Assembly (NCBI GenBank): GCA_030141605.1
Contig: JAQGDQ010002197.1
Coordinates: 1-9,432 of the forward strand
Length of the DNA: 9,432 bases
Direction of reading: 5' to 3'
From: Tubiluchus corallicola
Taxonomy: Eukaryota; Animalia; Priapulida
Within the stretch, counting starts at the first letter, position 1. Each line of letters opens with the position of its first letter. The notes beneath the pieces are model-generated. The model ran no database searches, was not told where the DNA came from, and was given only the letters and a program-made list of their open reading frames with translations. This document shows positions 9,036-9,432 of this stretch, one piece after another. A program made the position numbers and the translations under genes.

Positions 9036-9072
9036 AAGTAAGTAAGTAAGTGAGTAAGTAAGTAAGTAAGTA
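9036..9072. repeat. (AAGT)n microsatellite
   Basis: aagtaagtaagtaagtgagtaagtaagtaagtaagta. Confidence 0.92.
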
Positions 9073-9250
9073 TTTTTATTTATCACCCTTATTTATACCT
9101 AAGACAAACACAGAGCATGATACGATAATATGGTAATATGATACAAAGTGACAAGATTATTAAGTGAATAAATTGTCTGAGTTGATGGTGTTCAAGTGTT
9201 TGGTGAAAGGGTGGGGAAAAACTAAAAGTTACCAAAGTCAACCACCCTGA
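9036..9250 (-). mobile_element. Probable 5'-truncated LINE 3'UTR with AATAAA + (ACTT)n tail
   Basis: Minus strand ...aagggtgataAATAAA (9075-9080) aatacttacttac... No coding remnant recognised; far boundary approximate. Confidence 0.45.
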
Positions 9251-9320
9251 AAGTGATATGTTTTTCGATATTTAGCCATGTAACATAAATGGAGAAGAAA
9301 GATAAAAGATTAATTTTCAC

Positions 9321-9424
9321 TAGGTTAAAAGCTAGGAAGCTGAAAATTGTTATAGAGCACAATAGCCATGTAACAAAGGGAATGATTGTGCTCTATAGCA
9401 ATTTTCAGCTTATAACTTTAGCCT
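9321..9424. repeat. Inverted repeat / hairpin with 27-bp core stem and 21-nt loop
   Basis: 9337-9363 aagctgaaaattgttatagagcacaat pairs with 9385-9411 attgtgctctatagcaattttcagctt (26/27 plus one T-G pair); imperfect extension taggttaaaagcta / taactttagccta. Confidence 0.9.
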
Positions 9425-9432
9425 AACTGTTA

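Overview
Repeat-rich, apparently non-coding eukaryotic DNA, most likely intergenic or intronic sequence from an invertebrate animal. I can support no protein-coding gene: the long ORFs are (GA)n/(CT)n artefacts and the rest lie in repeats or have no recognisable homology. The best-resolved feature is a 513-bp SINE-like insertion (1574-2086) inside a perfect 13-bp target-site duplication. It has a 5S rRNA-derived head, a body resembling an RTE-clade LINE 5'UTR and an RTE-derived 3' end. It lies between two diverged, inverted copies of a ~600-bp non-autonomous DNA transposon with TTAA-AG...CT-TTAA (Kolobok-type) ends. A third, more distant relative ends at 6151 in a CCT-TTAA-AGG junction. The remainder holds several AATAAA+microsatellite tails (probable truncated LINE 3' ends), long GA/CT tracts, small tandem duplications, two transcription-factor motif clusters and a 27-bp-stem hairpin near the window end. 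I see no evidence for a wholly new biological system; the plausible novelty is at the level of undescribed transposon families. Family assignments are from recalled sequence patterns, not database searches.
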